Part shown: positions 36,550 to 48,001 of the stretch, piece after piece
Layout of the letters: each line of letters opens with the position of its first letter
How positions within the stretch are numbered: the stretch's first letter is position 1
Source of the DNA: Squalus acanthias
Lineage: Eukaryota
Assembly (NCBI GenBank): GCA_030390025.1
Contig: CM059440.1
Coordinates: 53,878,001 to 53,942,000, forward strand
Direction: 5' to 3'
Length of the DNA: 64,000 nucleotides
Translations under genes and position numbers: made by a program
Notes under the pieces: generated by a model
Databases searched by the model: none
The model's input: the letters and a program-made list of their open reading frames with translations, nothing else
Told to the model about the DNA's origin: nothing

Positions 36550-36975
36550 TAGAAAGAAAGACTTGCATTTATATAACACCTTTCACGACCACCGGATGTC
36601 TCAAAGCGCTTTACAGCCAATGAAGTGTAGTCACTGTTGTAATGTAGGAAACGCAGCAGCCAATTTGCACACAGCAAGCTCCCACACACAGCAATGTGAT
36701 AATAACCAGGTAATCTGTTTTTGTTATATTGTTGACTGCTCTTCTTTGAAATAGTGCCATGGGATCTTTTACATCCACCTGAGGGGGCAGATGGGGCCTC
36801 AGTTTAACGTCTCATCTGAAAGACGGCACCTCCGACAGTGCAGCACTCCCTCAGTACTGCACTAGGCGTGTCAGTCTAGGATTATTATGTGCTCAAATCT
36901 CTAAGAGTAGGACTTGAACCCACAAACCTTCTGACTCAGGATGCAAGTGTGCTACCCACTGAGCCACAGCTGACA
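36550..36975 (-). mobile_element. DeuSINE (SacSINE1-like)
   Basis: Reverse complement of tail to head (cccactgagccacagctgac). Confidence 0.88.
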
Positions 36976-37392
36976 ACACCTGTATGGTGTGACCAACACC
37001 TGTACAGGGTGTGCACTGCTAAATTGAACTGCTTTGTGCCCATTTTATGCCCAAAAAATGGGCGTAACGCATACCAATTTCTTCCCCATGTCTCAATGCT
37101 ATGCCTCAGTACGTCAAGATTCCTGCTCCTAAAATGTGCATGTGTGGTCACTGAGTGAGGAAAGCGTTGGGTACTGTCTTGATACCTCCAAGTTCACATA
37201 ACCTGCCAATACTCACTGTTTCGACTCACAGATTAAGACACGGTGCTTGGATGATATGCCAGAAGGATATTGGCACTTCTCAATCCGCAGTAAGAGTCAC
37301 AGCCTACAGGAGAAGTGGGAGAATATTGGAAAAGGGGAACAAGCCCGGGCTCTTAAAGCAAAGAGCTCTCAATAATCAGAAGGATTAAATAG

Positions 37393-37686
37393 GTGGACAC
37401 AGATTTAAGGTGATTGGCAAAAGAACCAAAGGTGACATGAGGAAAAACTTTTTTACGCAGCGAGTGATTAGGATCTGGAATGCACTGCCTGAAAGGGTGG
37501 TGGAGGCAGACTCAATCATGGCTTTCAAAAGGGAATTGGATAAGTACCTGAAGGAAAAAAAATTGCAGGGCTACGAGGAAAGGGCGGGGGAGTGGGACTA
37601 GCTGAAGTGCTCTTGCAGAGAGCCGGCACGGGCTCGACGGGCCGAATGGCCTCCTTCTGTGCTGTGACCATTCTATGATTCTATGT
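37393..37686 (+). mobile_element. CR1 3' end
   Basis: RKNFFTQRVIRIWNALPERVVEA..FKRELDKYL; (ATTCTATG)n tail. Confidence 0.9.
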
Positions 37687-38199
37687 GTGACCTGTACCCA
37701 ACACTGTGCAGAATATGCAACCGAATGCAGTGGTGATCAGTTCTTATGCTAATTCAGTTACAATGACAGTAATGATGTCCTTTAAAGCAATTCGTTTTTT
37801 GGTTCATCCAACTTGTACTGTGGAATATTGAAAAAAACCTTTGAAATTTCTTTGCTCATGTGTGATGACATAAATAAAGATTGTTATATATAAAGAGTGG
37901 ACTATATGGTTCAGCTGTTATAACTGAACTTAGCATTTACTACAGAAATAATGGCAAGAACGTCTGAGAGCCAGCTGCAATAACATAACCTCTGATCAAG
38001 GGGGCAGAATGAGTGGGTCTGTAAAACCTGAGTGGGCTGCTTGCCATTTCTAGGATCTCCAGCAGTACTCAGTTGGGCACACATAAAGACTTGAAAAGCC
38101 TCGAGTCTCTGGCCTTTTAGTTTCTGCCTTGAAGTATCGCTCAAGAGCCTGCGTTAGTGTTACAGCAGTCACTGTTGATGTAACAGCAGCACCATCTTG

Positions 38200-38590
38200 A
38201 CAGGGAGCGCACTCGTTGTGGGTTCAAGCCCACTTTCAGGATTTGAGCGCATAATCTCGGCTGACACGGCAGTGCAATGCTGAGCGAGTGCTGCATTGTT
38301 GGAGGTGCCGTCTTTCAGATGAGACATCAAGCTGAGATCCCATCTGTACATTTCAGGTGCTTTAAGCAGATGTCAAAGGTCCAACGGCACTCTCCTGGTG
38401 TTCTGTCCAAGATTCTGCTCTCAACCAGCACCGCCAAACCCAGGTCATTCATCTCTTTGTTTGGGGAACTGCACTGTGGACAAGTTGGCTCTACATAACA
38501 ACAGTTACTGCACTTCAATGTCATTCATTTTAGGTGAAGTGCTTTGAGATGTGTCTGAGAGAGGATTAGATGCTTATCTGAGTGCAAGGA
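38200..38590 (+). mobile_element. Old diverged DeuSINE
   Basis: gggttcaagcccac...ggaggtgccgtctttcagatgagac...acaacagttactgcacttc. Confidence 0.7.
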
Positions 38591-39350
38591 TATTTTTTTC
38601 ATTTGTCTCAACAAGGTGAGGGCAATTGAATAAAAACACAACCACTGCACCTGTGCATGACATCACAGCCACATAAATGGCTAACTGCTTGTGAAAGCTT
38701 TGGTAAACAAGCTTTCCTTCTCTCTGTTACGTGCGCGCACACACACACACACACCTTATTACCTATAAGATCAAGAATCGAGTTGACAATAAGTGAATGG
38801 AAGGCTTGCTATAGAATCTAACCTTGTTAGATGTGTTAGTGGCACAAAATTTGAATATGCCTCAACTCATTACTTTGATATGAGTTTGCTGCCTGCTGTG
38901 GCAGCAAGCCTCCCCTCTACAATCAGAAAAGTTGCTGCTTGCTGTGTCATGATGACATGTAATAGCGTCTGAGTTTTATTGGATTTAAAACTAGGACATA
39001 TTTTTGCAGCGTTTTTTAACTGTAACATCTGTAAGGAATTATCTTGTACTAATGATGAATGCTACCAAGAATGAGAGAAATGTTTGAAACCACGGAACAT
39101 TTCTTGATTTGGCATATTCTTATAGTAGACTCCCACCTTGTCATCCCAACGAACTGTATAATTCAGCTCTTTAGTGTGGCAAAAGGTTACATTGAAATCT
39201 GACCTACATTTTCCACTATTCACAGAACAACTCCCGGGTCTAAGTCTCACACTGGAACCAGTTTAAGGTTTGTGCTCCGAGTCCTCTCAATGCCCGACTG
39301 TTGTCACCCTGACTAGCTGGTGCTAGCTAATAACATCTTCCATTTATAAT

Positions 39351-39722
39351 GGGCCCGTATTTTCCAATGCCTACGGGTGTGTACGCGCTGTCCGTAGGGA
39401 CATCGGAAATGCCGGTTTCAGGCATGTGAAGCGCATGCGCTGAAAACCGGCATTTCCGATCTGTTAAGAATCCTCTTGACAGATCGCACGCCTGCCCTGG
39501 AGGAGGGCTTCTGTGGGCGGATAGTTCCGCTTTCTGGAGAACCTCCGCCCGCTGAAAACCCTTAGAAATCTTACGCCCGGTGAAAGTAAGGCCTGCTTTT
39601 ACCAGCATAAGAGTTGAAAAAAGTAAAAAAAAAAATTTTTTTTCACTCATTTATAATTTAAAAATACTTTAAAAAAAGGTAAGTTTATTTTTAGCCCGGT
39701 AAAAAACTTAAATTATTTTTTG
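39351..39722. mobile_element. Harbinger-like MITE, partial
   Basis: Start GGGCCCGTATTTT; hairpin atcggaaatgccggttt...aaaccggcatttccgat; aaggtaagt at about 39676. Confidence 0.6.
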
Positions 39723-39954
39723 ACGTAGACGTAACCAGACAGAAAATGGACACCAAGCCAAAGAATATTAGGAAAAAAAGCTTGGTCAAAAAGGTACGAT
39801 GAAAAACCTGTGCATATATGCTACGGTCAGATTGCACATGCGCACGCTATCCAGTGTTCTTCAGTAGACAGTAAATGCGTGGTTGAACTGATAGAATTTT
39901 AAAAACAAGTAAAGGTATGAGTGGAGCTGGCCAGCGATATAAATTGGGCAGGTC

Positions 39955-40337
39955 CTTCTTCTTCTTCTTAGGCAGTCCCTCGGAACCGAGGATGACTTGC
40001 TTCCACATTAAAAATGAGTTCTCGGGTGACTGATGAGTCCAATGCGGGACCTCCAGTCTCTGTCACAGGTGGGGCAGACGGTGGTTGAAGGGGCGGCTGG
40101 GTGGGGTGCTTGGGTTGATGTGCGCTCCTTGCGCTGCCTGCTCTTGGCTTCCGCTTGCTCCCGGCGAAGAGACTCGAGGTGTTCGGCGCCTTCCCGGATG
40201 CTTCTCCTCCACTTTGTGCGGTCTTGGGCCAGGGATTCCCAGGTGTCGGTGGGGATGTTGCATTTTTCCAAGGAGGCTTTGAGGGTGTCCTTGAAGCGTT
40301 TCCTCTGCCCACCTGGGGCTCTCCTGCCGTGTCGGCA
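39955..40337 (-). mobile_element. RTE-clade LINE 3' end
   Basis: KCNIPTDTWESLAQDRTKWRRSIREG...CPTCDR..SRIGLISH.RTH zinc-finger-like C-terminus; (GAA)n tail. Confidence 0.88.
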
Positions 40338-40655
40338 GGTCCACTGACACCAGCGTCAGACCTTTGGAATGCTGAGCCTGAGTCATTATTACTTGATACA
40401 TGAATGTTACAGAAGTCCCTGAAACATTGGAAGCATGTGTACATAACCCTGTTTACTCTGCAAAGTTCACACGAGTGACTCCAGAGCTGAGCTTGATGCT
40501 GAGACTCAGGTACATAAAGATAAGCCTGATGTAATCTGTCACAGAGTGTGAGCTTTTGATCTGTTCCGCCGGTCTCTAAAAGTTAGTGTACATTTGACTG
40601 CATTTCAAAACCCAAGAAATGCTACAGATCTTTGAGTGGAGATAGAAGCTACTAG

Positions 40656-43147
40656 TGTAACGAGACAGGATTAATTAAAAATGTCCTAGTAAAGGATCCC
40701 CTTGGAATGAGTGACCATAACATGGTTGAATTCCATATTCAATTAGAGGGTGAGAAGGTTGGATCTCAAACAAGCGTGCTAAGCTTGAATAAAGGAGACT
40801 ATGAAGGTATGCGAGCGGAATTGAGTAGAGTGGATTGGGAAAATAGATTAAAGGGTAAGACGACACATGATCAGTGGTGTACATTCAAGGAGTTATTTTA
40901 CAACTTCCAAAAAATATATATTCCACTGAAAAGAAAAGGGTGTAAAAGAAAGGACAGTCATCCGTGGCTAAGTAAAGAAATTAAGGATAGTATTCGACTA
41001 AAAACAAGGGCATATAAGGTAGCGAAATCTAGTGGGAGGACAGAGGATTGGGAAAACTTTAAAAGGCAGCAAAAAATAACAAAAAGATTGATTAAGAAAG
41101 GGAAGATAGATTATGAAAGTAAATTAGCAAAAAATATAAAAACAGATAGTAAGAGTTTTTATAGTTATATAAAAAGAAAAAGGGTGGCTAAAGTAAATGT
41201 TGGTCCCTTAGAGGATGAGACCGGGAAATTAATGGTGGGAAATATGGAGATGGCAAAAACACTGAATGAATATTTTGTATCAGTCTTTACAGTAGAGGAC
41301 ACTAAGAATATCCCAACACTGGACAAACAGGGGGCTATAGGGGGAGAGGAGCTAAACACGATCAAAATCACTAAGGAAGTGGTACTCGGTAAAATAATGG
41401 GACTCAAGGCGGATAAATCACCTGGACCTGATGGCTTACATCCTAGAGTCTTGAAGGAAGTGGCGGTAGGGATTGTAGATGCATTGGTAATAATTTTTCA
41501 AAACTCCCTGGATTCCGCTAAGGTCCCGGCAGACTGGAAAACTGCTAATGTAACACCCTTATTTAAAAAGGGCAGTAGACAGAAGGCTGGTAACTATAGA
41601 CCGGTTAGCCTAACATCTGTGGTAGGTAAAATTTTGGAGTCCATTATTAAGGAAACAGTAACAGGACATTTGGATAATCATAATTTAATAGGACAAAGTC
41701 AGCATGGTTTTACGAAGGGGAAGTCATGTTTGACAAATTTGCTGGAGTTCTTTGAGGAAGTAACATATAGAGTGGATAAAGGGGAACCAGTGGACGTAGT
41801 GTATTTAGACTTCCAAAAGGCATTTGACAAGGTGCCACACAAAAGATTATTGCTTAAGGTAAAAAATCACGGGATTGGGGGTAATATTCTGGCATGGATA
41901 GAGGATTGGCTATCTAACAGAAAGCAAAGAGTTGGGATAAATGGTTCATTCTCAGACTGGCAATCAGTAACTAGTGGTGTTCCACAGGGGTCAGTGCTGG
42001 GTCCCCAACTCTTCACAATCTATATTAACGATTTGGAGGAAGGGACCAAGTGTAACATATCAAAATTTGCAGATGATACAAAGATGGGAGGGAAAGTAGT
42101 GAGTGAGGAGGACATAAAAAACCTGCAAGGGGACATAGACAGGCTAAGTAAGTGGGCAGAGATTTGGCAGATGGAATACAACACTGGAAAGTGTGAGGTG
42201 ATGCACTTTGGCAGGAAAACTCCTAGAGCAATTTATTATCTTAATGGCAAGAAACTGGAGAGTACTGAAGTGCAAAGGGATCTGGGGGTACTGGTGCACG
42301 AAACTCAAAAGGTTAGTATGCAGGTGCAGCAAGTGATTAAGAAGGCAAATGGAATGTTGGCTTTCATTGCTAGGGGGATAGAATATAAAAATAGGGAGGT
42401 ATTGCTTCAGTTGTACAAGGTATTGGTGAGACCGCACCTGGAATACTGCATACAGTTTTGGTGTCCTTACTTAAGGAAAGACATCCTTGCTCTCGAGGCA
42501 GTGCAAAAAAGGTTCACTCGGTTAATCCCGGGGATGAGGGGGTGGTCATATGAGGAGAGGTTGGGTAGATTGGGACTCTACTCATTGGAGTTCAGAAGAA
42601 TGAGAGGCGATCTTATTGAAACATATAAGATTGTGAAGGGGTTGGATCGGGTGGATGCGGGGAGGATGTTCCCGATGACGGGTGAGACGAGAACTAGGGG
42701 ACATAGTCTTAGAATAAGGGGCTGCTCTTTCAAAACTGAGATGAGGAGGAACTACTTCACTCAGAGGGTGGTAGGTCCATGGAATATGCTGCCACAAAAA
42801 GCTGTAGAAGCTACAACATTAATTAAATTTAAAACAGAAATAGACAGTTTCCTAGAAGTAAAGGGCATTAAGGGTTACGGGGAGCGGGCAGGAATTTGGA
42901 CATGAGTCTAGGTTCGGATCGGTCATGGCCCTGTGGGTAGTGGAGCGGGCCCAGGGACTGTGTAGCCTGATTCTGCTCCTATTTCGTGTGTGCAATTCTG
43001 TTAGATGCAGAAGATGGTTCTGTGATAGATAGTAGATTGGCGGTTAGGATCAGATCAGCCATGATCTTATTGAATGGCGGAGCAGGCTCGAGGGGCCGAT
43101 TGGCCTACTCCTGCTCCTATTTCTTATGTTCTTATGTTCTTATGTTC
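40656..43147 (+). mobile_element. Young CR1 LINE, 5'-truncated near the end of the endonuclease domain, doubled 3' UTR
   Basis: Uninterrupted ORF2 from DPLGMSDH to the stop; (TTCTTATG)3 tail. Confidence 0.95.
40707..42905 (+). CDS. CR1 ORF2 reverse transcriptase (partial, 732 aa; most of the APE endonuclease missing)
   Basis: SDH end of [45 protein letters not shown]; no stops. Expression not shown. Confidence 0.85.
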   Translation: MSDHNMVEFHIQLEGEKVGSQTSVLSLNKGDYEGMRAELSRVDWENRLKGKTTHDQWCTFKELFYNFQKIYIPLKRKGCKRKDSHPWLSKEIKDSIRLKTRAYKVAKSSGRTEDWENFKRQQKITKRLIKKGKIDYESKLAKNIKTDSKSFYSYIKRKRVAKVNVGPLEDETGKLMVGNMEMAKTLNEYFVSVFTVEDTKNIPTLDKQGAIGGEELNTIKITKEVVLGKIMGLKADKSPGPDGLHPRVLKEVAVGIVDALVIIFQNSLDSAKVPADWKTANVTPLFKKGSRQKAGNYRPVSLTSVVGKILESIIKETVTGHLDNHNLIGQSQHGFTKGKSCLTNLLEFFEEVTYRVDKGEPVDVVYLDFQKAFDKVPHKRLLLKVKNHGIGGNILAWIEDWLSNRKQRVGINGSFSDWQSVTSGVPQGSVLGPQLFTIYINDLEEGTKCNISKFADDTKMGGKVVSEEDIKNLQGDIDRLSKWAEIWQMEYNTGKCEVMHFGRKTPRAIYYLNGKKLESTEVQRDLGVLVHETQKVSMQVQQVIKKANGMLAFIARGIEYKNREVLLQLYKVLVRPHLEYCIQFWCPYLRKDILALEAVQKRFTRLIPGMRGWSYEERLGRLGLYSLEFRRMRGDLIETYKIVKGLDRVDAGRMFPMTGETRTRGHSLRIRGCSFKTEMRRNYFTQRVVGPWNMLPQKAVEATTLIKFKTEIDSFLEVKGIKGYGERAGIWT

Positions 43148-43151
43148 AAGG

Positions 43152-43370
43152 TTTGTTTTATTCGTTCCTGGGATGTGGGCGTCGATGGCAAGGCCAGCAT
43201 TTATTGCCCATCCCTAGTTGCCCTTGAGAAGGTGGTGGTGAGCCGCCTTCTTGAACCGCTGCAGTCGTGTGGTGAAGGTGCTCCCACAGTGCTGTTAGGG
43301 AGGGAGTTCCAGGATTTTGACCCAACGACGATGAAGGAACGGCCGATATACTTCCAATTCAGGATGGTGC
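43152..43370 (-). mobile_element. LINE family B 3' end
   Basis: Reverse complement of the family B terminus. Confidence 0.85.
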
Positions 43371-43388
43371 CAATTTAAATATGGAATG

Positions 43389-43663
43389 AAGAAAGACTTG
43401 CATTTGCTATAATGCCTTTCACGACCACTGGATGTCCCAAAGCACTTTACAGCCAATGAAGATCTTTTACGTTCACCTGAGAGAGCAGACGGGACCTCGG
43501 TTTAACATCTCATTCAAAAGACGGCGCCTCCGACAGAGCAGCGCTCCCTCAGTACTGCACTGGAGCGTCAGCCGAGCTTTATGTGCTCGAGTCTCTGGAG
43601 TGGGACTTGAACCCACAACCTTCATGACTCTAGAGGCGAGAGTGCGACCAGCTGAGCCACAGC
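43389..43663 (-). mobile_element. DeuSINE with internal deletion
   Basis: Tail joined directly to the 5' half at ccaatgaa|gatctttt. Confidence 0.85.
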
Positions 43664-43856
43664 CATGGGGAAGCTCATTATGATGTAAGAACTCCAGGTT
43701 TCAATCTTTTCTCCTTTCAGTTGTCGCCCCTCCCCTCCCTCGCCTTTCCTGAAAGTGCTGACGTCTTGCTTCAGTACGGTTCCATTGGCACCAGGTGCCC
43801 TCCACCACCTCACCCGAGTGGCACGTCTTCGGGTGTATGCCATGGGCTGTTCATGC

Positions 43857-44241
43857 CTTGATTGAAACATATAAGATCCTGAGGGGTCTGGACAGGGTGG
43901 ATGTGGAGAGGATGTTTCCTCTTGTGGGAGAATCTAGAACTAGGGGTCACTGTTTAAAAATAAGGGGTTGCCCATTTAAGACCGAGGTGAGGAGAAATTT
44001 TTTCTCACAGAGGTTCGTGAGTCTTTGGAACTCTCTTCCTCAGAGGGCGGTGGAAGCAGAGTCTTTGAATATTTTTAAGGCAGAGGTAGCTAGATTCTTG
44101 GTAAGCAAGGGGGTGAAAAGTTATCAGGGGTTAGGCGGGAATGTGGAGTAATCAGATCAGCCATGATCTTATTGAATGGCAGAGCAGGCTCGAAGGGCCG
44201 AGTGGCCTACTCCTGCTCCTAATTCGTATGTTCGTATGTTC
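43857..44241 (+). mobile_element. CR1 3' end
   Basis: LIETYKILRGLDRVD..LWNSLP; (TTCGTATG)n tail. Confidence 0.9.
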
Positions 44242-44244
44242 ATG

Positions 44245-44625
44245 GGTGACACGACAGCTGAGACTGATCCTGTTCCCACCCAACACCCCCAATTACACCC
44301 ACTTCCAGTTGCTAGGTGACAATCAGCAGTGGGAACCTTGGACAACGTTTCCCTCCCTGATGTAGAGCAACGTTCCCTCTGAGCTGCATGGCCGCGCAGA
44401 TCTCTGCCAGTCCCGCGCAGCCCGGGACCCGCTTTTTCAATGTTAACTACGCGAAACTGTGAATGGGCCGTGCAGCCCCTTAAAGGGGCCGCGCACCCAA
44501 AAAATCAGTTAGGGGGAACATTGACGTAGAGATACTGAGATTTCAGCATTCCTACCATCGCCCTCACTGAGGAATAATTGAGCCTGGAACCCACCTGGCC
44601 TGCACGGTTCAGCTTCTTACTGCTT
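44245..44625 (-). mobile_element. Old AmnSINE2-like SINE split by a hAT MITE
   Basis: cgacagctgagactgatcctgt...gacaatcagcagtgggaacct...ctggcctgcacggttcag. Confidence 0.5.
44368..44523. mobile_element. hAT-type MITE (TIR CAATGTTCCC)
   Basis: atgtagag|CAACGTTCCC...GGGAACATTG|acgtagag, 8-bp TSD. Confidence 0.85.
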
Positions 44626-45770
44626 TAACTGTCCAGATCCTGTTTACCGAGTCTGAGTGTGGAAACGATCCAGGGGCAGGAGACACGAATCTCTTTGAAG
44701 TGAACTCAGACTTATTGGCTTTGGTACTGGGACATTAGGGACATTGTGATCCTATACTGCACTTTTGTATTCAAAACCCATGATACTCACATGACGTGAT
44801 TGACCACATTGTATTAACTGCATGGTCACTGAAATATGTTAAAGAAAGCCGGCACACAACAGACTGTCATTACAACCTATTGCTTGGGAACCAGCCACAG
44901 TGTCTAGGTTATGGCAAGATTTCGAGAGCTTGCCTTCTTTACTGACCTTAACTGCATTCGCTTTCCACTACCTAATAGTCACGTGTTGTAAACCCAGACA
45001 TTCGAAAAGTTTGAACAGTTACTGATCTGTGGGCGTGTTTAATTTGTTCTGCTAACCCTCCGTAGAAACTTTGTAAAAGGCACCGACGTGGATTTTCAGA
45101 TTATAAATTAATCCTTATGGTGTTTAAATGAAGTCCAAAATGTAAAAAATAAGCACTGCAAGCATAAAGTAATGTTTAAGCAAACAAGAGTTGACTGTGC
45201 AATAATGCTGGATACATCTGGATAAAGACTAGAGAGATCCTTCTATTGCTTTGCAATGATTAGTCACCCTTTTATCTTCTGTTTGAATTTGGCAGAATCT
45301 GTTCACTAAAATTGATGGGTGTTATCTAACAGGTCTGGTTGCAAGGATGTAAACGCATTCTTCACTGAAATTACTTTTTCCCCTGTAACTTATAACATCT
45401 GCCACTTGCCTGTACTCGATAGGCAGCAGTGGTCTGGTCGAGTCACAAAGGTAAGCATTAAGAAGCCTATTGTAAACAAAGGAATCGATTATTTTGTTTT
45501 TATCCGTTCCTGGGATGTGGGCGTCGCTGGCAAGGCCAGTATTTATTGCCCATCCCTAATTACGAACATAGGAACATAGGAACAGGAGTAGGCCATTCAG
45601 CCCCTCGAGCCTGTTCCGCCATTCACTGAGCTCAGGGCTGACCTGTGACCTAACTCCATCTCCCCGCCTTTGCCCCATATCCCTTAATACCTTTGTTTGA
45701 CAAAAATCTATCAATCTCCGATTTAAAATTGTCGTTTACGGAAGAGAGTTCCAAACTTCTACCACCCTTT

Positions 45771-46664
45771 GGGAGAGAAATTTGTTATCGCCCCGTTTGG
45801 TGCGCAATTATCGGCCGGGCGCAAAGTTTAGCGCCTGGCGCTAATTATCGCCTCCTACTGCAAACTTGGCTTCTATCGCTCCTGGAGGTGATTGGAGCGC
45901 TAAATCAGGCGCTACACACCTCTCTTAAGGCGCTAACGCCGAGGAGCGAGGCGCTACCTCAGAGCGCTGGCGAAGCTCATGTGATGTCAGTCAGCAATGG
46001 AACACAGACACACTGGCACCGGCCAGTTCTTAAAGGGGAGGGTCGATCTTGCTCTCCATCCACACCTTGCTCATTGCAGCCTTGAATCTCGGCCTGGAGA
46101 GACCTGGACATCAAATCTGCTGGAAAGAACAATGGAGAGGCCCAGAGAAAGAGCTCAGAGTGCAGCCCCCAAAGTCTCTTCTAAATCGATGCAAGGAAGG
46201 TCAAAACAAAATGAACCTGCAAAGTGCTGCCCAGTCACCCAAAAAGTCCTTCACACAGCGTTGAATCTCTCCAGAAGTCTCTCTCTCTCTCTCAGAATGC
46301 GTGGTGCAAAAATGTTGGCGACAGAAAAAGGCAGGAAGCGGTCGCCTTTAAATAGCGCACCCCCAGTCCCTTCCCAACTGCAAAATGCTCCCCTCAACCT
46401 GTCGTTGCTAGCGGCAGGCGGAAAGGCAGGGGGCGCCACTCAATATCCGGTCCGGGGCACTACCGGGGCGTTGCACGCTCGACTGACGTCATGATCTGCG
46501 GGCGCAGGAGATTTTGGCGGTAGTGTTTAGCGCTGCCGCAAAATGTCTGGTCAATTTTGCGAGCGACGCAAACATCGCCGCGCCCGGGCGCTAGTTGCTT
46601 TGCGCCCCGTTAGCGCCCTCTTAGGGCTGAAACGGGAGGCGCAAAGCAACCGAATTTTTCCCCC
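45771..46664. mobile_element. PIF/Harbinger-like deletion derivative (family A), both ends present
   Basis: TTT|GGGAGAGAAATT...AATTTTTCCCCC|TTT within CR1 sequence accacccTTTgtgt (empty site at about 1890). Confidence 0.85.
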
Positions 46665-47531
46665 TTTGTGTTTAGAAGTGTTTCCTAATTTCACTCCTGA
46701 AAGGTCTGGCTCTAATATTTAGACACTGCCCCCTAGTCCTAGAATCCCCAACCTACGGAAATAGTTTCTCTCTATCTACCCTATCTGTTCCCCTTAATAT
46801 CCTGAAAACTTCGATCAGATCACCCCTTAACCTTCTAAATTCCAGGGAATACAACCCTAATTTGCGTAATCTCTCCTCATAACTTAACCCTTGAAGTCCA
46901 GGTATCATTCTGGTAAACCTACAAGGTTTACACTCCCTCCAAGCCAATATATCCTTCATAAGGTGCAGTGCCCAGAACTGCTCACAGTACTCCAGGTGTG
47001 GTCTAACCAGGGTTTTGTACAGCTGCAGCATAACTTCTACCCCCTTGTACTCTAGTCCTCTAGATATAAAGGCCAGCATCCCATTAGCCTTTTTGATTAA
47101 TTTCTGTACCTGTTCATGACATTTTAATGATCTATGTACCCGAACTCCCAAGTCTCTTTGGACATCCACTGTTTTTAGCTTTTCACCATGTAGAAAATAC
47201 CCTGTTCTATCCTTTTTAGGTCCAAAGTGGATGACATCTCATTTGCCTACATTGAAATCCATTTGCCACAGTTTTGCCCATTCATTTAATCTATCAATAT
47301 CCCTTTGTAATTTTATACTTTCATCTACACTGCCTACAGTGCCACCTATCTTTATGTCATCAGCAAATTTGGATATATGACTTTTTATGCCATCATCTAA
47401 GTCGTTAATAAATACTGTGAATAGTTGAGGCCCCAACACAGATCCCTGCGGGACTCCACTAGTCACATCCTGCCAATTTGAGTACCTACCCATTATCCCT
47501 ACTCTCTGTCTCCTGCCGCTCAGCCAATTTC

Positions 47532-48001
47532 ATAGAAACATAGAAGATAGGAGCAGGAGTAGGCCATTCAGCCCCTCGAGCCTGCTCCGCCATTCAATGA
47601 GATCATGGCTGATCATCCAAATTCAGTACCCTGTCCCTGCCTTCTCTCCATATCCCTTGATCCCTTTAGCTTTAAGAAATATATCTAACTCCTTCTTGAA
47701 TATATTTAATGAATTGGCCTCTACTGCCTTCTGTGGTAGAGAATTCCATAGGTTCACCACTCTCTGGGTGAAGAAATTCCTCCTCATCTCAGTCCTAAAT
47801 GGCTTACCGCCTTATCCTCAGACTGTGACCCCTGGTTCTGGACTCTCCGGCCATCAGGAACATCCTTCCTGCATCTAGTCTGTCTAGTCCTGTTAGAATT
47901 TTATAAGTTTCAATGAGATCCCCTCTCATTCTTCTAAACTCCAGTGAGTATAAGCCCAATCGACGCAATCTCTCCTCATACGTCATTCCTGCCATCCCAG
48001 G
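47532..48001 (-). mobile_element. CR1 3' fragment nested in CR1
   Basis: catagaaacatag tail; GMTYEERLRRLGLYSLEFRRMRGDL. Confidence 0.9.

Noticed and set aside
40707-42905. Autonomous active LINE or domesticated RT gene
   Set aside because: The copy is 5'-truncated, lacking promoter, ORF1 and most of the endonuclease; the open frame is best explained by recent insertion.
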